From the NCBI GenBank assembly GCA_051294375.1, contig CM119263.1, positions 23,586,762 through 23,650,761 of the forward strand: a stretch of DNA of 64,000 nucleotides, written 5' to 3'. How positions within the stretch are numbered: position 1 is the first letter of the stretch; every line of letters starts with the position of its first letter. Positions 1-13,400 of this stretch are shown here, one piece after another. Position numbers and translations under genes: made by a program. Under the pieces are notes generated by a model. That model had not been told where the DNA came from. It made no database searches and saw only the letters and a program-made list of their open reading frames with translations. This DNA comes from Paraspadella gotoi (Eukaryota > Animalia > Chaetognatha).

Positions 1-3000
1 ACGATCTCCTCCTTCCCTCTTCTCTTTCCCCGCATTCCGTTCGATTTATCGATTTCTTTCCTTTCGTCATCCAGTTTTCCACTCGATCCAGTTTTCCCTT
101 CTTTCCTCATTTTTCCTCCTTTCTTCTTTCCTTCCTAGGAAGCGCTCTCGTCTTCTTTCTCCTCGACGGAGAAGTTCGTAATTCTCTTTCCCCAGTCTTC
201 TTCTCTCCTCCTTTTCTCTTTTCTCCTTTGCTGACTAAAGTCTGATTGTCGCCGCCGTCTTTTCGCGACCAATTTCTCCTCCTCTCTTCTTCGACTTTTT
301 TCTTTGCTTCTTTCTCTTTTCGCTTCATCGACGTCTTCTCCTAGTCTCTCTGGTCTCGCTCTTTTCTCACGGAATCTCTTTCTCTCTCTTCCTCCGAGGA
401 GATTTCCAGATTCCATCACTTCCCATCTTTCATGTTTTTTCTTTCTTTAGCTTATCTTCGCTTTTTGCCCTCGTCCTGCTCTCTTTCTTCTCTGCTGCCA
501 CTGCTCCTGTCCTCTGTTCTCGCGGTGCCCGCTCTCCTATGCTCCTCTCCTTCTTTCCCCTTTACTGTTTATTTTACCCGACTCCTTTGTCCCATCTTTG
601 TGGCCGAATGTCCTTGTTGTACTTCTTCGGGCCTGGTATTCGCTCGAGGCATCATTCCGAGCCGACTTTCGAAGGAAGGGGGCGTTGCACTCAGCCTTCG
701 GCCGTAAGACGATCTTTGAGCTGACCAATTTTAAATAAAAAAACCAGTGACCAAAAAATAAAGTCCCGAAAAGAAAAAAATCGTATAAAAACTTAACCTG
801 AACGCTGGAAGTGCTCGAACGCAGCCTTAGAATACTGGCCCTTCCCCGTCGTCGTCTCGATTTCTGCGCCCTCCTCCGCCGATTTTCGTACTTCAAACCC
901 CACTCTGCCGCGGAGAGGGTTCTCGCGACGGAGCCTTCAACGATCGATTTAAGCGGAAGGGCGGCCGGCGAAATCGACGGCTGAGCGGCGCACCTTGGAA
1001 GCGGCGTGCGGGCGCCTCTCCGCTTCTTAGCGCCGCTTTTCGTGCAAGGAGTTGGCGACCTCGGCTGGGCGACCCCCGGGCGGCGACCCCAGGCGGCGAC
1101 CCCGGCGCGCGAAACCCGTATCGACGCTTTTTTCCAGCGACTTTTCACGCTTGACTTTTTCCAGTCGACTCCCTCTTCTTTGAAGATCTACTCTGGGCGA
1201 TTTTTCTCTCCGAATCTCCTGTTTAAATTTTTTTTGTGTCCAGATCAGAGATAAAGATTTCTGCCCGTTAAATTTTCCCTGCCAAACTTTCTTTCTCTTC
1301 GTTTCGTTGGCGAACTTTTTCCACAAGAATCCATCCGTTCTCGCACGATCCATTTCGGCGATTTCTTCGGCGATTTCCTCCTGGAAAACTCCCAACTTCG
1401 CCCGATGCTTCCCATTTCATTCGGCCATCGGAGATTCCAGAAAAGGGGACTTTGAGGTTTCCTGAAAGCTGAAGCGAAGGCGTTTGACCTTAAAAAAAAA
1501 CCAAAACAAACAAATAAATTAAAAGTATATAAACTAAATCAATAAATCATCAAATCCAGACCTCTTACTCGGCGTCGACCTGGCATCTCCTCAAATTTTC
1601 CGACCTCAGAAGGTGACGCTAGCTGTTCGTCGTTAGCGGCGCCGTGGATCTAGACGAGGCGGAGGCGGCGGTTGTGGAGGCAGGGGTAGGGGTGTGAGGT
1701 GGCTGCGGGAGATGGCGATAGTAGCGTAGAGGGGAAGTGGTGTGGAGCATGGGACTGGCGAGGCGTACTAGTTGCCAGAAGAGATTTAAGATTGATTAGA
1801 TTAGATTTAAAACATTTAAAAATGAAATAATATAAATAAATATATAAATAAACCTTAAAATCTCCTCTTCTTCATGCTCCTCTCACTCCTAAAATGTCAA
1901 AGTCCTTTTATATTAATTTCACCACCCGCCCTTCATTACCCACCCTCCCCCTCACCTCTCCCCCACCGACTTCCGCTTCCGGCGCGACTTCTTTCACTCC
2001 CGCGACAAAATCTTCGCTCGCTTAGGCCCTCGACTCACTAGGACGCTTCGCCCTCACGACGTCCGCCTTACCGGCTCGTCCAGCGGCGCTGCCAACTCCG
2101 CGTCGGATCCGCCCGAGTCGCGACGTTCTCCAGGCTGGGCGGATCGCGGAGCCGGCATGTGCGAGCGGACTCGTCGGTGACCGCGATGCATCGTCCGCCT
2201 CCCACGTTTAAGAAGATTGGCGGACTCGTGATGCCGGGGGCACCGAGACGAAGACGCCTTGCCAACGCTTGACGAGGAAACGCGAGTGAGGCGTTGCGGT
2301 TGAGAGGGCGAAGCTCTCGACGGACCGCCGATTGACGCCGGTCGTGGGCCGACGACCGACGGCTCCGCCGGGGTGCGGAACGAAGGCGACGACGCCGGCG
2401 GGAGTGGCGCCGCGAACGCAGCGGGTGACATGGCGCGGCGTTCTTCGTTCCTCGACCGCTGACGACGCCTTCGAGGACGCCGGCGCTAGGATTCGTTGTC
2501 GGCTATGAAGACGGGAGAGTCGCCTCTGGACGTGCGAGCGATGGCATCAACGGCCTCTTGGCCAGGTTAATCTTCGACGCTAGACGGGTTTGCGCGGCCC
2601 GGTGGAAGCGAGTCGCCGAACCCGGATTTGGCTCGGATGTTCATGGCGCCGAGTTCCTCGAGAGATCCTTGGAGAGGGGAGAGTCGACGAAGCGTCTGGG
2701 AACAGTTGAATTAAGCCTTTTCTAGTAATCCTTAAACACCCTCGCTCAACCCCCTTCTTCCCCAAACCCTTGCAGATTTCTCAGACTGATCTTCTTCGAT
2801 AGATCCGGAATCGCGATGACTTCGATGAACTCCTCAGTTCCATCCCGGCATTTCGTGACGACGCCGATCCGGTCGTCCTCGGAGTAGCTGTCCGTCGAGA
2901 TGGCCGATTCGGATCCTCAACAACTGCGTACCCGCCGTACCAGCACGCTTTGGACTCACCAATCCTGCGGAGAGGAAAGCGAAAAAGAGGGTGAAAAAAG

Positions 3001-3495
3001 CTTATGAGTGAAAAAACTTGAATCTATAGAAATTAGATAACGAAAATTTAGTATGTACAACGCATAGCCCGTACATATTCTTGTATCGTCGAAAAACAGC
3101 CAAAACAGAAATTTCGAATTCAAGTCAAACAGCAACAAAAGTTTCCAATTCCAAACCCCGGCACTTACCGCGAGAGCTGCTGCTTGGTCCAACAGTTCCT
3201 ATGTCCTTTTCGCCGGCGTCCATCGCCCCTTCAAGATTTCCTGTGTGATGGCGTTGGCGTCGATTGGATCTCGCGCCTTTACTCGTCAATTCCGTCTGCT
3301 TTGGCTAGGCCGTCGCCGTCGTCGGCCCGCCGCTGCTTGGTTTCATCGGACTTCGGTTCGCGACGGCATCTGAGGCGGTGGCTTTCTGCCTCAATTTACC
3401 AAGTCGCCCGCCGTTCGTCTCGACGCTCGCTGCCGCCGCCGCCACCTCTGCCGCCGCTGCCGCCGGCCGCCAAGCTTCTTTTCCGCGTTTTGCAT
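1..3495 (-). pseudogene. Frameshifted partial copy of the tail-anchored protein gene (exons 1-5 and part of exon 6); probably an uncorrected long-read duplicate, not a real pseudogene
   Basis: 1-4141 is collinear with ~11660-15567, including introns and upstream sequence. It has frequent 1-nt indels, mostly insertions (~6% longer), and ends at a 25-N gap (4148-4172). Confidence 0.85.
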
Positions 3496-4600
3496 TATAT
3501 TATAAACAGAAATTTAAAATTAATTTCGCGACGGCGGCGGAAAAGGAATAAAAAATGCGGCTTCGTCCCTTCGGACGAAAATTCGAGGTTTTAAAGCGAT
3601 TTTTTTAAGTTCGTTCTCGTATTTGATGTTGATCCACGAACTCGAGCCAGTAAACATCTCGAGACGCGAGAGGTAATTGAATGCCGATGTTGCCGCAGTG
3701 GAGGGGCTCAAAGGACTGTAGCAGATCACTTCATTTTATTAATATTATTTGTTTTTTTTTATTTGTAATTTTTTTTAACAAATAAATTTCATATAATTCA
3801 TTAATCAAGACCTCAAGACTTTTGCTGACATGTCTTCCTTCTTTCGGTCTTCTTTAGTTTGATCAGCTTGCATTTGACTGTAATTGTTAAAAACCACATT
3901 TTGTTTTGCTTATACCAGAAAAAACTTATAATTCGTGAATAACTATTCTTTTGACTTAGTAGTTAATTTTTTTTAAATGATTTATAATTTGTATACTTAG
4001 GGGTGCTAAGTCTTAGACCGAATTTGGAAATCAATTACTAGGCACGCAGCTTTTTACTGAACACTTACTTTAAAATTTGGCCTTCATAATGATTAATATA
4101 ATCATTGAATAAAAATAGAAAAATCATCGCCCTCTGAAACAACTCACNNNNNNNNNNNNNNNNNNNNNNNNNGTTGCTGTCATATTAATAAAAATCCAGC
4201 ACAGTTACTAAAATTTTTTTTAAAAAACTTTTCCATTTTCATTTTACACCAAAGACATGAAAAAGAATTTTATTTTTTCGGCAAATTCCGTGATTCACCC
4301 ACCACCATCCGCCCAAGGCTCGTTTAAAGTCACTCAAAGATCCTCGTGATTCATNNNNNNNNNNNNNNNNNNNNNNNNNNNAACAGTTCGACTCTTTGCC
4401 ATCATAAAACAACGATTCCTCGCTATGTTTTATTTTTTATCCTCACTATGTTTTATTTTTTATCCTCACTATGATCCTTAGTCCGCGCTGAGTTCAAAAG
4501 GAATCCGACTCCTTCGAAGAATCTCCAGCCCGAAAGCGATCCGAGCCACATTTTTGGAGAATTAATCCTCTTCGAAAACCGGGCCGAATTTCCTTCCGAG

Positions 4601-4634
<34 letters not shown>

Positions 4635-5879
4635 GAGAGAGGAGCAAAGATCGTTATTAGTTTTCGAAAGATCTTTTATAACCTTCCCTTCTTCACCCCT
4701 TCCTTTAAAGTTCTTTACCCTTTCACTCTTCATTGCTTCTCACACTCCTTCGCTTCAAACGAACTCATGACATCATCACTTCACCCTCAACACCATTCCT
4801 GTCACTCCCCACCCCCTACCCAACCTCCGCCCCACCTCGACAGTCATTAACGCTCCTCCCCTTCCATCCGATATTGATATCCCAAAGAGTGAGGGGTCTC
4901 CCGTCGTAATGTTCGGCCCCGTATCAAGTAGAGCATCGCCAATGATATACGGAAATGAGGGGCGGGGATGTGGAAGGGCGGATGTTGAGAGGAGAAAGGG
5001 AACGTTGAAAAAGCAAGAGNNNNNNNNNNNNNNNNNNNNNNNNGTTGCATTTAGTGTGAACAACTGAACATAGTTGAAATTTAAGAAGTGAAACACTCTA
5101 GTTTATGTGGTGTCAACTAGCGGTTATACGACGGCACTGAAATCACGAAGCAAAAGGGGAAAATATTGATCAAATAATGTGTTAGATTTAAAGAAATAAT
5201 GGAGTCATTTGTTTTAATAATATGTTACATCATTTTGTACATTTTCGTCACTAAGATCACGTGAAAGAATTCGTTATTTACTAACAAAACATATATATAA
5301 TGTTGTCCTAAAAACTAAAACATTTGTCTTTCCCCCGAAATCGTCTCCTTCGCCGAAAAGGTCGAGAAACCTCGATTCCAGTGAAAAAAAAGCCGACGAG
5401 ACAGAGACGAAAACGGGAGACAGAGACAGAGACGAAGACGAAGAGATAGAGACGGAGAAACTTTTTTTTTTCTCCCTCTATCTCGGAGGGCGGAGCCGCG
5501 GGGACGGGAGCGTCGGTTCGACCCGGAACGGGCGGCGCCGGCGACGGGGAATCGGCGTCGTCGCCGGCCTGCAACGCCGCTACCGGCGCCTTAATGGTGA
5601 TTGTTAATTAGATGGAGTGGATGTCGTTACGACGCGACGAAGAAAATCCGGGGGTCGAATTCGCCCTTAACTCGATTCCCGCGTCGCTTGATCGTCGTCG
5701 AACGATTTCCGACGCCGACGACGCCGCCTAAGAGACACGCCCACCGACGCCGCCGACGCAGCCGCCGACGCGACGTCCGGAGCGGCGCCAGCTGCTATTG
5801 ATGTTTCCGCTTTTAGCTTTGGTGACCCTTTGACGACTTCGACATTTCCATTGAGATCATTAAAGGTTTCAGGCGACAA

Positions 5880-5885
<6 letters not shown>

Positions 5886-5951
<66 letters not shown>
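5886..5951. repeat. (AG)n microsatellite
   Basis: Perfect dinucleotide run. Confidence 0.95.
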
Positions 5952-5954
<3 letters not shown>

Positions 5955-8900
5955 TGAATCGTTTCCTTCTCCTTTTTTTTATGCGCTCTCTTTTCCCATT
6001 CCGTTTTCTTTCTATTTTTCTTATTTTTATTCAACTATTTGTATTCAGGTTATTTTTTTTCCACGATGGAATTCCGCGCCTGACCTTTTGTTCCGCCGCT
6101 AAACTTTCCCACCGAAAATTATTGTAGCGACGCGTAGCGGGCGTCGGCGGCGACGCTTCAGGCGGAAGGTGACTTTCGGAGAAAAAAAGGCAGGATCGAA
6201 TCGGAAATCCGCTCGCGTTCAATTTTTTCTCTCGTTTTATCTTTCTCTCCTTTTTTTCCCGAACGGTTTTCACTATCTCAGTCAGCGTTTGTCAGTTTAT
6301 GTCAGAAAGAACCGACGATGATTATACAAAGACTTCCTCTTAATTCCAACATAGTCCAAGGCTAAAAACTTATAACAGAACAAATTCTTCACCAATCGGC
6401 AACAATACGTACATCATGAATCTTCGAATCACTTTTCAAACTTACTCCTCCCCTCCCCTAAAAAAAGAAAGAGCCAGAAAAGGAAATAACTTTACCGAAC
6501 GCCTTCGAATTTCTTCAAGTTTTTCCACATCATTAGGCGTTTAGGGACCATGAAAGGGGAAGTAGTAGAATCGGGATAGGAAGGGGGAGTATATAAAAAA
6601 TTTGCGGAGGTAGAAAAAGGATTTCGTGGAAAGGAAAGAGGAATTAGGAAAAAAATATTATGGTATCAGAAATATAAAATGAAATGTGAGAAAGATGAAA
6701 AAAATAGATGGAGTTAAGAAGGAAAAAGGAAATGATTTTTAAAAAAGTGTACGGATCTCTGACGACGGCTAATCACTTGGGGAAAAAACAAAGTTAAGCA
6801 AACTATATTTAAAGCGTTGTAGTTTAAGTTGAGGAAAAAAATGAAAATAAAAAGTTAAATAAAGAGCACATAATTTTAAATATTTCTCAATAACTGTAAC
6901 TCAGTAAATTATAAACACAGTACAATTGTATTTTTCGCGTAATTTTGAACAGTTGTCAATGGAGGTGAGAAAAAAACCCTTTTTCGAGCAGAGAAAAAAA
7001 AAACCGTTGCCTCGAAGCGAATTTTTTTTCTCAGCATCGACCATGTCACGTCTCGGCCTGGGATCGAACCCTGAAACCCGGCGGGAAGAAAATTATGGGC
7101 GCCACCATTAACCGGCCTTATGGGGCCAGAGGTCTGGAACCGGAGACACAAACAAGGAGAGAACAGCGATCGGCGATGGCGCGAAGGTAGTGGTTGCAGA
7201 TAGTGCTGGCCTGAGCTGTGGGGGACATTGTCGGGAAGAGGGATTCAAATGAGACAGGCCTTCTTCAATACATAATGAAGAGTCAATTTGTGCCCATTCG
7301 TAAATGGAAAATTACAATTAATCATTATGAAAACAAATCAAAGGGATATTGTTCCAATAATCAAAGGAAGAAGAAGTCAATTTTTTTAAATTCTCAAAAC
7401 TGAAACCACCCCCTGCCCCTCTTCCCCCTCCAAAAAAAAGTGGGGGAGTCAGGGTTCGTCCTCNNNNNNNNNNNNNNNNNNNNNNNNNNNNNNNNNNNNN
7501 NNNNNNNNNNNNNNNNNNNNNNNNNNNNNNNNNNNNNNNNNNNNNNNNNNNNNNNNNNNNNNNNNNNNNNNNNNNNNNNNNNNNNNNNNNNNNNNNNNNN
7601 NNNNNNNNNNNNNNNNNNNNNNNNNNNNNNNCTTTACTCTCCAAAGTCCCTGTCGTCGTCGTCGTCGTCGTCGTTTTCGATCGTCGTCGTCCTCGATCGC
7701 CGAGGGTCCGAGGCGAAGAATCCATCGAAAATTCATTATCCCGTCGAACCGTCCCGTCTGCTCCTCTTCCGCTCCCCCTTCACTCCATTTTCCGATCGCT
7801 CCAGTTCCGCAGTCGTCTTTAATCGCTACCCTAGATTTTTCTACGAATTCTCCTTCTCNNNNNNNNNNNNNNNNNNNNNNNNNNNNNNNNNNNNNNNNNN
7901 NNNNNNNNNNNNNNNNNNNNNNNNNNNNNNNNNNNNNNNNNNNNNNNNNNNNNNNNNNNNNNNNNNNNNNNNNNNNNNNNNNNNNNNNNNNNNNNNNNNN
8001 NNNNNNNNNNNNNNNNNNNNNNNNNNNNNNNNNNNNNNNNNNNNNNNNNNNNNNNNNNNNNNNNNNNNNNNNNNNNNTCCCCACTTTCCCCTCGTTCCTC
8101 CGCTCCGCGACTCGGGCCAATTAGCATATCAAGAATGATCTCCGAAATGATATCGAAGGATTGGCCCGGATGTTCGCGGATGTTCGAAGGGAAAGAAATT
8201 TTCATTCGTTCAACCATCGACGAGCCTATCAAGTGTTCGGGGTTCACATATCGGTGGAGGGTTCACTAAATCACTACTGACTCTAAATGAAAATTAATAA
8301 ATCATTCTGTAAATTGTAGTACTACTGTAGTCCTTCGTTTGTTTTGAAAAAAAAAAACACATTAAAATACCTAAATTTTGAATCTGCACTGCACTGAAAA
8401 TACAAGCGCAATTATTATACGTATAAATAGACAACAAAGTTGACATAACATTATATTTAAATCGTTGATTTAAATTGTAAACCATCAAATATCCGAAAAT
8501 GACTTCATTTCAAGTTTTAGCGCCGATTTTAGAGATCGTAAAAAAAGAAAATTAGCCAAGTAAATCTGTAAAAAAGACTCTGCTGGGTGCAGGAGTTTAG
8601 TGAATTCGCTGTGCATCGTTCGCTCACTGTGTGAACGATTCCGAAGAGCGATGCCGAAATTCACTGTGAGAGCGTTCGATTGTCCTTGTCCTCATCCCCC
8701 CCAACTCCCCCAACCCCACCTCCCCCCCCCTTTCGTTCCCCTTTTCCCCATTTTCGTCGGGGCCGGAGTTTCACATCATTATCGATCGGGGCGGCGGCGC
8801 CGCGCTGCAGTCGCCGACGCCGCCTCTGCCCATTACTAGCGCCGCTTCATCGTTAATAAATTGTCCACTGTATGATTTTCCTTTTTATTTCCTCCGCGTA

Positions 8901-9041
8901 GTTTCCTCCCTCTCCTTTCCACATTTATTCTCTCTCTCTCTCTCTCTTTTTCCCTTTTCTCCTTATGTTCCGTTCTTTCATCCTTTACGTCTATCCCGCG
9001 CGGTTTCCTTTCTCTTCTTCTCCACGGAGGAAAGAAAAAAA

Positions 9042-9286
<245 letters not shown>

Positions 9287-9590
9287 CGCGTCATACTTTA
9301 TTTTTTCTCTTCCTATCATTAAGTGCTATTTTTGGCCCGAATTGCATCATTGACTGAACCATTAGCAGATTGATGACGAGGACGTCGTCGTCGTAATCGT
9401 CGTCGTAATCGTCGTCGTTATCGTTTTCGTCGTATTCGTCGTCGTCGGCGTCGTCGCGTTTTTCAAAGTCGGCCCCGGGGTTCGAACTCGCTCGCGATTT
9501 GATGGTGTTTCGAAGGAGGAAAGAAAAAAGAAAGAAATTCTCGGCGAGAAAGACGCCGGAGACGAGGAACGGCGCCGCGGTAGGGGTAAT

Positions 9591-9721
9591 GGCGCCGTGA
9601 GAAGTGGAACGGCGACGTGGGAAGTGGAATGGCACCGAAAGGAGTGGAATGTCTGTGGGAGAAGTGGAATAGCGCCGGGAGAAGGAGACTGGCTCTGGGA
9701 GAAGTGAATTGGCGCCCGAGA
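9591..9721 (+). repeat. Degenerate 20-bp minisatellite, ~6.5 units (consensus ~GGCGCCGGGAGAAGTGGAAT)
   Basis: Units: ggcgccgtgagaagtggaac / ggcgacgtgggaagtggaat / ggcaccgaaaggagtggaat / gtctgtgggagaagtggaat / agcgccgggagaaggagact / ggctctgggagaagtgaatt / ggcgcccgaga. Confidence 0.85.
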
Positions 9722-10015
9722 CGTTACGTGGATAATAAGATTTATGGATAGTTAGTTATAGGACTAGAATTCGTACTATTAGAATGAATAATTAAGCTTT
9801 GAGAATGGAAATGATCGAATGCAGCCGACCAGATTACGAAACTTTTAATTATTCCAGCAAAACACGAAAACCAGGAATGGGATTCAACTTGGGAAAATTT
9901 CGTGGAGGAATTTCATAGATGAATAATGATTTTCGTCCTCCAGAGGAAATCCGAAAATTACTGGATTCGCTCTCACGAAGAAAAGTATTTCGAGTATAAA
10001 AAGTAATTAAAGGAA

Positions 10016-10019
<4 letters not shown>

Positions 10020-10086
<67 letters not shown>

Positions 10087-10110
10087 AGAGAGGAGAGAGA
10101 GAGAGAGGAG
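10020..10110. repeat. Interrupted (AG)n microsatellite
   Basis: Seen directly. Confidence 0.9.
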
Positions 10111-10143
10111 ACTCTCCAAGCTTAAAAATTAATTCCTAAATTC

Positions 10144-10149
10144 TTTATT
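10144..10149 (-). promoter_or_regulatory. Candidate polyadenylation signal (AATAAA) of the tail-anchored protein gene
   Basis: tttatt on + strand (AATAAA on -), about 350 nt past the stop codon in AT-rich sequence; motif only. Confidence 0.3.
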
Positions 10150-10495
10150 TTCTCACACATACACCGCGAATAGAACACACAAAAAAAATTATTATAAAAT
10201 GTTTATAATCTCTAAAAAACGATTTACATCAAACTAAAAATATCTCAATTTTTTGTAACCTCTCACGCATTTTGAAGATGCAATAACCAAAACGCAATAT
10301 TAACAATCGAATAAGAAAACTAACCCGGGAAAATTACCACGTGATTCAAACAAAAAAAAGAACTACGTCTCTCAACTTGAACAAAAACAGTCGAGGAGCG
10401 CCTTATTTCTTCCTCATTTCCTCATCTCTTTTCCTCCTCCTCCTCCTCCTCCTCCCACTCCTCCCCTTTCTCCTCCTTTTTAACTTTTTCCCTCC

Positions 10496-13400
10496 TCACA
10501 GCAAAAAGTGCACCAAGACTCCGGTGAGGATGACGACGATAACGACGCTGAGGCCGACGCCGGCCAACACGGTCGCGGGACATCCGCGTTTGTCGGCGTC
10601 GTCGTCGTCGTCGTCGTCATCGTCTTCAGTGCGAGAGCTTCGTCGACTCCTCGTCCGGGAGACCGAACGGTTCCTATTCTTGACCCTCCCTTTCTTCCTC
10701 CTGTCTCTGGGGTCGGCCAGCGGGTCGCCGAGAAAGACGTAGGTGGCGTTCTTGTGCCGAGTCGACTTGGTCTCTTCGTCGTAGTCGTCGTCGTTGAGTA
10801 AAGTGTATCCGTCCTTGGTCACTCTCTTTTTCCTCTTCCTCTTCCTCTCGGGAGCGTCGCCGCCGGCGTCCGGAGCGGCCGCCGCCTCGAGGCCGACCGC
10901 TTCTTCTTTGCTCGACGTCTCGGCGATCTTCTTGTCGGAACTGGCCACGACTTTTTTGTTAGCTCGTCCAACGGCTCCGGCCAAACCAGCGGGGTTTTGT
11001 TTATTCGGCCTGACTCCGATTTGCGTCGGAGCCGTCTGCTTGCTGAAATTGTTGGCAAACTGTGCACCTGCATACTGTGCACTTGCAACAATCTGCTCAT
11101 TGACTGCGACGACGCTTCCTTTTCTGCTCGGCTCCGCTCTACTCCCCTTGGACGGGCTGCTCCTGCCTTCTCTGCTCTTAGAAAGAACGCTAACCCTGCC
11201 GTCTTTTGCCGGGCTCGACCTGTCTTCCATAGTGTCGCCCTTCCCACCAGGACTGCTTCTTCGTTCCTTTTCGCGGATACTCTGCCTCGTGCGACTGCTG
11301 ACGCTTCCCGTCTTCTGATGACTTTCCCTGCCGCTTTTGACCACCTCCTCGCTTTCCCTGGTCGGACTCGATTTGCTCCTTCCGCTCGGACTAGACCCGT
11401 GTTCTCCGCTCTTTCCTTCTCGGCCCAAACTGGTCCTGCTCGGACTGGGGGTACCACGACTGGATCTTCTCTCTCTAACGAGACTCACTTTGCTCGATCT
11501 GTGGTAACTTCTCTTACTCTTTCTGCTAGGGCTTGACCTGCCGGATCGTGCGGGTATTCCAGGGGTAGTCGTGCCTTCCCCACTAGGACCGTCGATGCCC
11601 TCTCTGCCCTTACTCGCCCTGGATTCTCGTCCCGATCGTCGATCTTTCCCTGATCGATCACGATCTCCTCTTCCCTCTTCCTCTTCCCCGCCATCCGTTC
11701 GATTATCGTTTCTTTCTTTCGTCGATCCAGTTTCCACTCGATCCAGTTTTCCTTTTCTTTCCTCCATTTTTTCCTCCTTTCTTCTTTCCTTCCTAGAAGC
11801 GTCGTCGTCTCTTTCTCCTCGAACGGAATCGTAATTCTCTTTTCCCCAGTCTCTTCTCTCCTCCTTTTCTCTTTCCCTTCTGACTAAAGTCTGATTGTCG
11901 CCGCCGTCTTTTCGCGACAATTTCTCCTCCTCTCTTCTTCGACGTTTTTCTTTGCTTCTTTCTCTTTTCGCTTCATCGACGTCCTTCGTCCTTGTCTCTC
12001 TGTCTCGCTCTTTTCTCACGGAAATCTCTCTCTCTCTTCCTCCGAGGAGATTTCCAGATTCCATCACTTCCCATCTTTCATGTTTTCTTTCTTTGCTTAT
12101 CTCCTTTTTGCCCTCGTCCTGCTCTCTTTCTTCTCTGCTGCCACTCCTCCTGTCCTTGTCTCGGTCCCGCCTCTCCATGCTCCTCTCCTTTTCCCCTTTA
12201 CTTTTGATTTTGTCCCGATCTTTGTCCCTCTTGTGGCGATGTCCTTTTGACTTCTTCGGCCTGGTATCGTCCGAGGCATCATCCGAGGCCGACTTGGAAG
12301 AAGGGGGCGGTGCACTCAGCCTTCGGCCCGAAGACGATCTTGACTGACCAATTTAAAATAAAAACCAGTGACAAAAAAGAAAGTCGAAAAAGAAAAAATC
12401 GTTAAAAACTTACCTGAACGCTGGAAGTGCTCGAACGCAGCCTTGATCTGGCCCTTTCCCCGTCGTCGTCTCGATTTCTGCGCCCTCTCTCGCCGATTTC
12501 GTCTTCAAACCCCACTCTGCCGGGAGAGGGTTCTCGCGACGGAGCCTTCAACGATGATTTAAGCGGAGGCGGCGGCGAAATCGATGGCTGAGCTGGCGAC
12601 CCTGGAGGCTGCGGCGCCTCCCGCTTCTTAGGCCGCTTTCGTGCAGGAGTTGGCGACCTCGGCGGCGACCCCGGCGGCGACCCCGGCGGCGACCCCGGCG
12701 GCGACCGCTTCGACGCTTTTTCCAGCGACTTTTCCGCTGACTTTTCCAGTCGACTCCCCTCTTCTTTTGAAGATCTACTCGGCGATTTTTCTCTCGAATC
12801 TTCCGCTAAATTTTTTTTGTCAGATCGAGATAAAGATTTCTCCGTTAAATTTTCCCGCCAACTTTCTTCTCTTCGTTTCGTTGGCGACTTTTCCAACAAG
12901 AATCCATCCGTTCTCTTCGACGATCCATTCGGCGATTTCTTCGGCGATTTCCTCCTGGAACTCCAACTCCCCGATGCTTCCCATTCATTCGGCCATCGAG
13001 ATTCCAGAAAAGGGGAACTTTGGAGGTTTCCTGAAGCTGAAGCCGAAGGTTTGAGCTTAAAAAAAACAAACAAACAATAAATTAAAATATATAACTAAAT
13101 CAATAAATCAATCAATCCAGACCTCTCTCGGCGTCGACCTGGCATCTTCAAATTCCGACTCAGAGGTGACGCTGAGCTCTTCGTCGTTGAGGGCGCGGTG
13201 GATTAGACGAGGCGAGGCGGGGGTTGTGGAGGCAGGGGTAGGGGTGTGAGTGGCTGCGGGAGAGGCGATAGTAGCGTGGAGGGGAGTGGGTGTGGGAGAT
13301 GGGGACTGGCGAGGCGACTAGTGTGGGGAAAGAGATTAGATTGGATTAGATTAGATTAAACATTAAAAATGAATAAATAAATAAATATATAAATAAACCT

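Noticed and set aside
7050-7120. tRNA or tRNA-derived SINE on the minus strand (GGCCGGTTA...GGTTCGATCCC)
   Set aside because: A B-box-like motif is present, but no D arm, anticodon arm or full acceptor stem can be folded.
9591-9721. CRISPR-like repeat array
   Set aside because: Units are contiguous 20-mers with no unique spacers, there are no cas genes, and the context is eukaryotic.
11020-11110. Resemblance of AVNEQIVASAQ to bacterial RebB (R-body) N-termini
   Set aside because: Only a few residues match and the rest of the RebB pattern is absent; it lies inside a eukaryotic exon.
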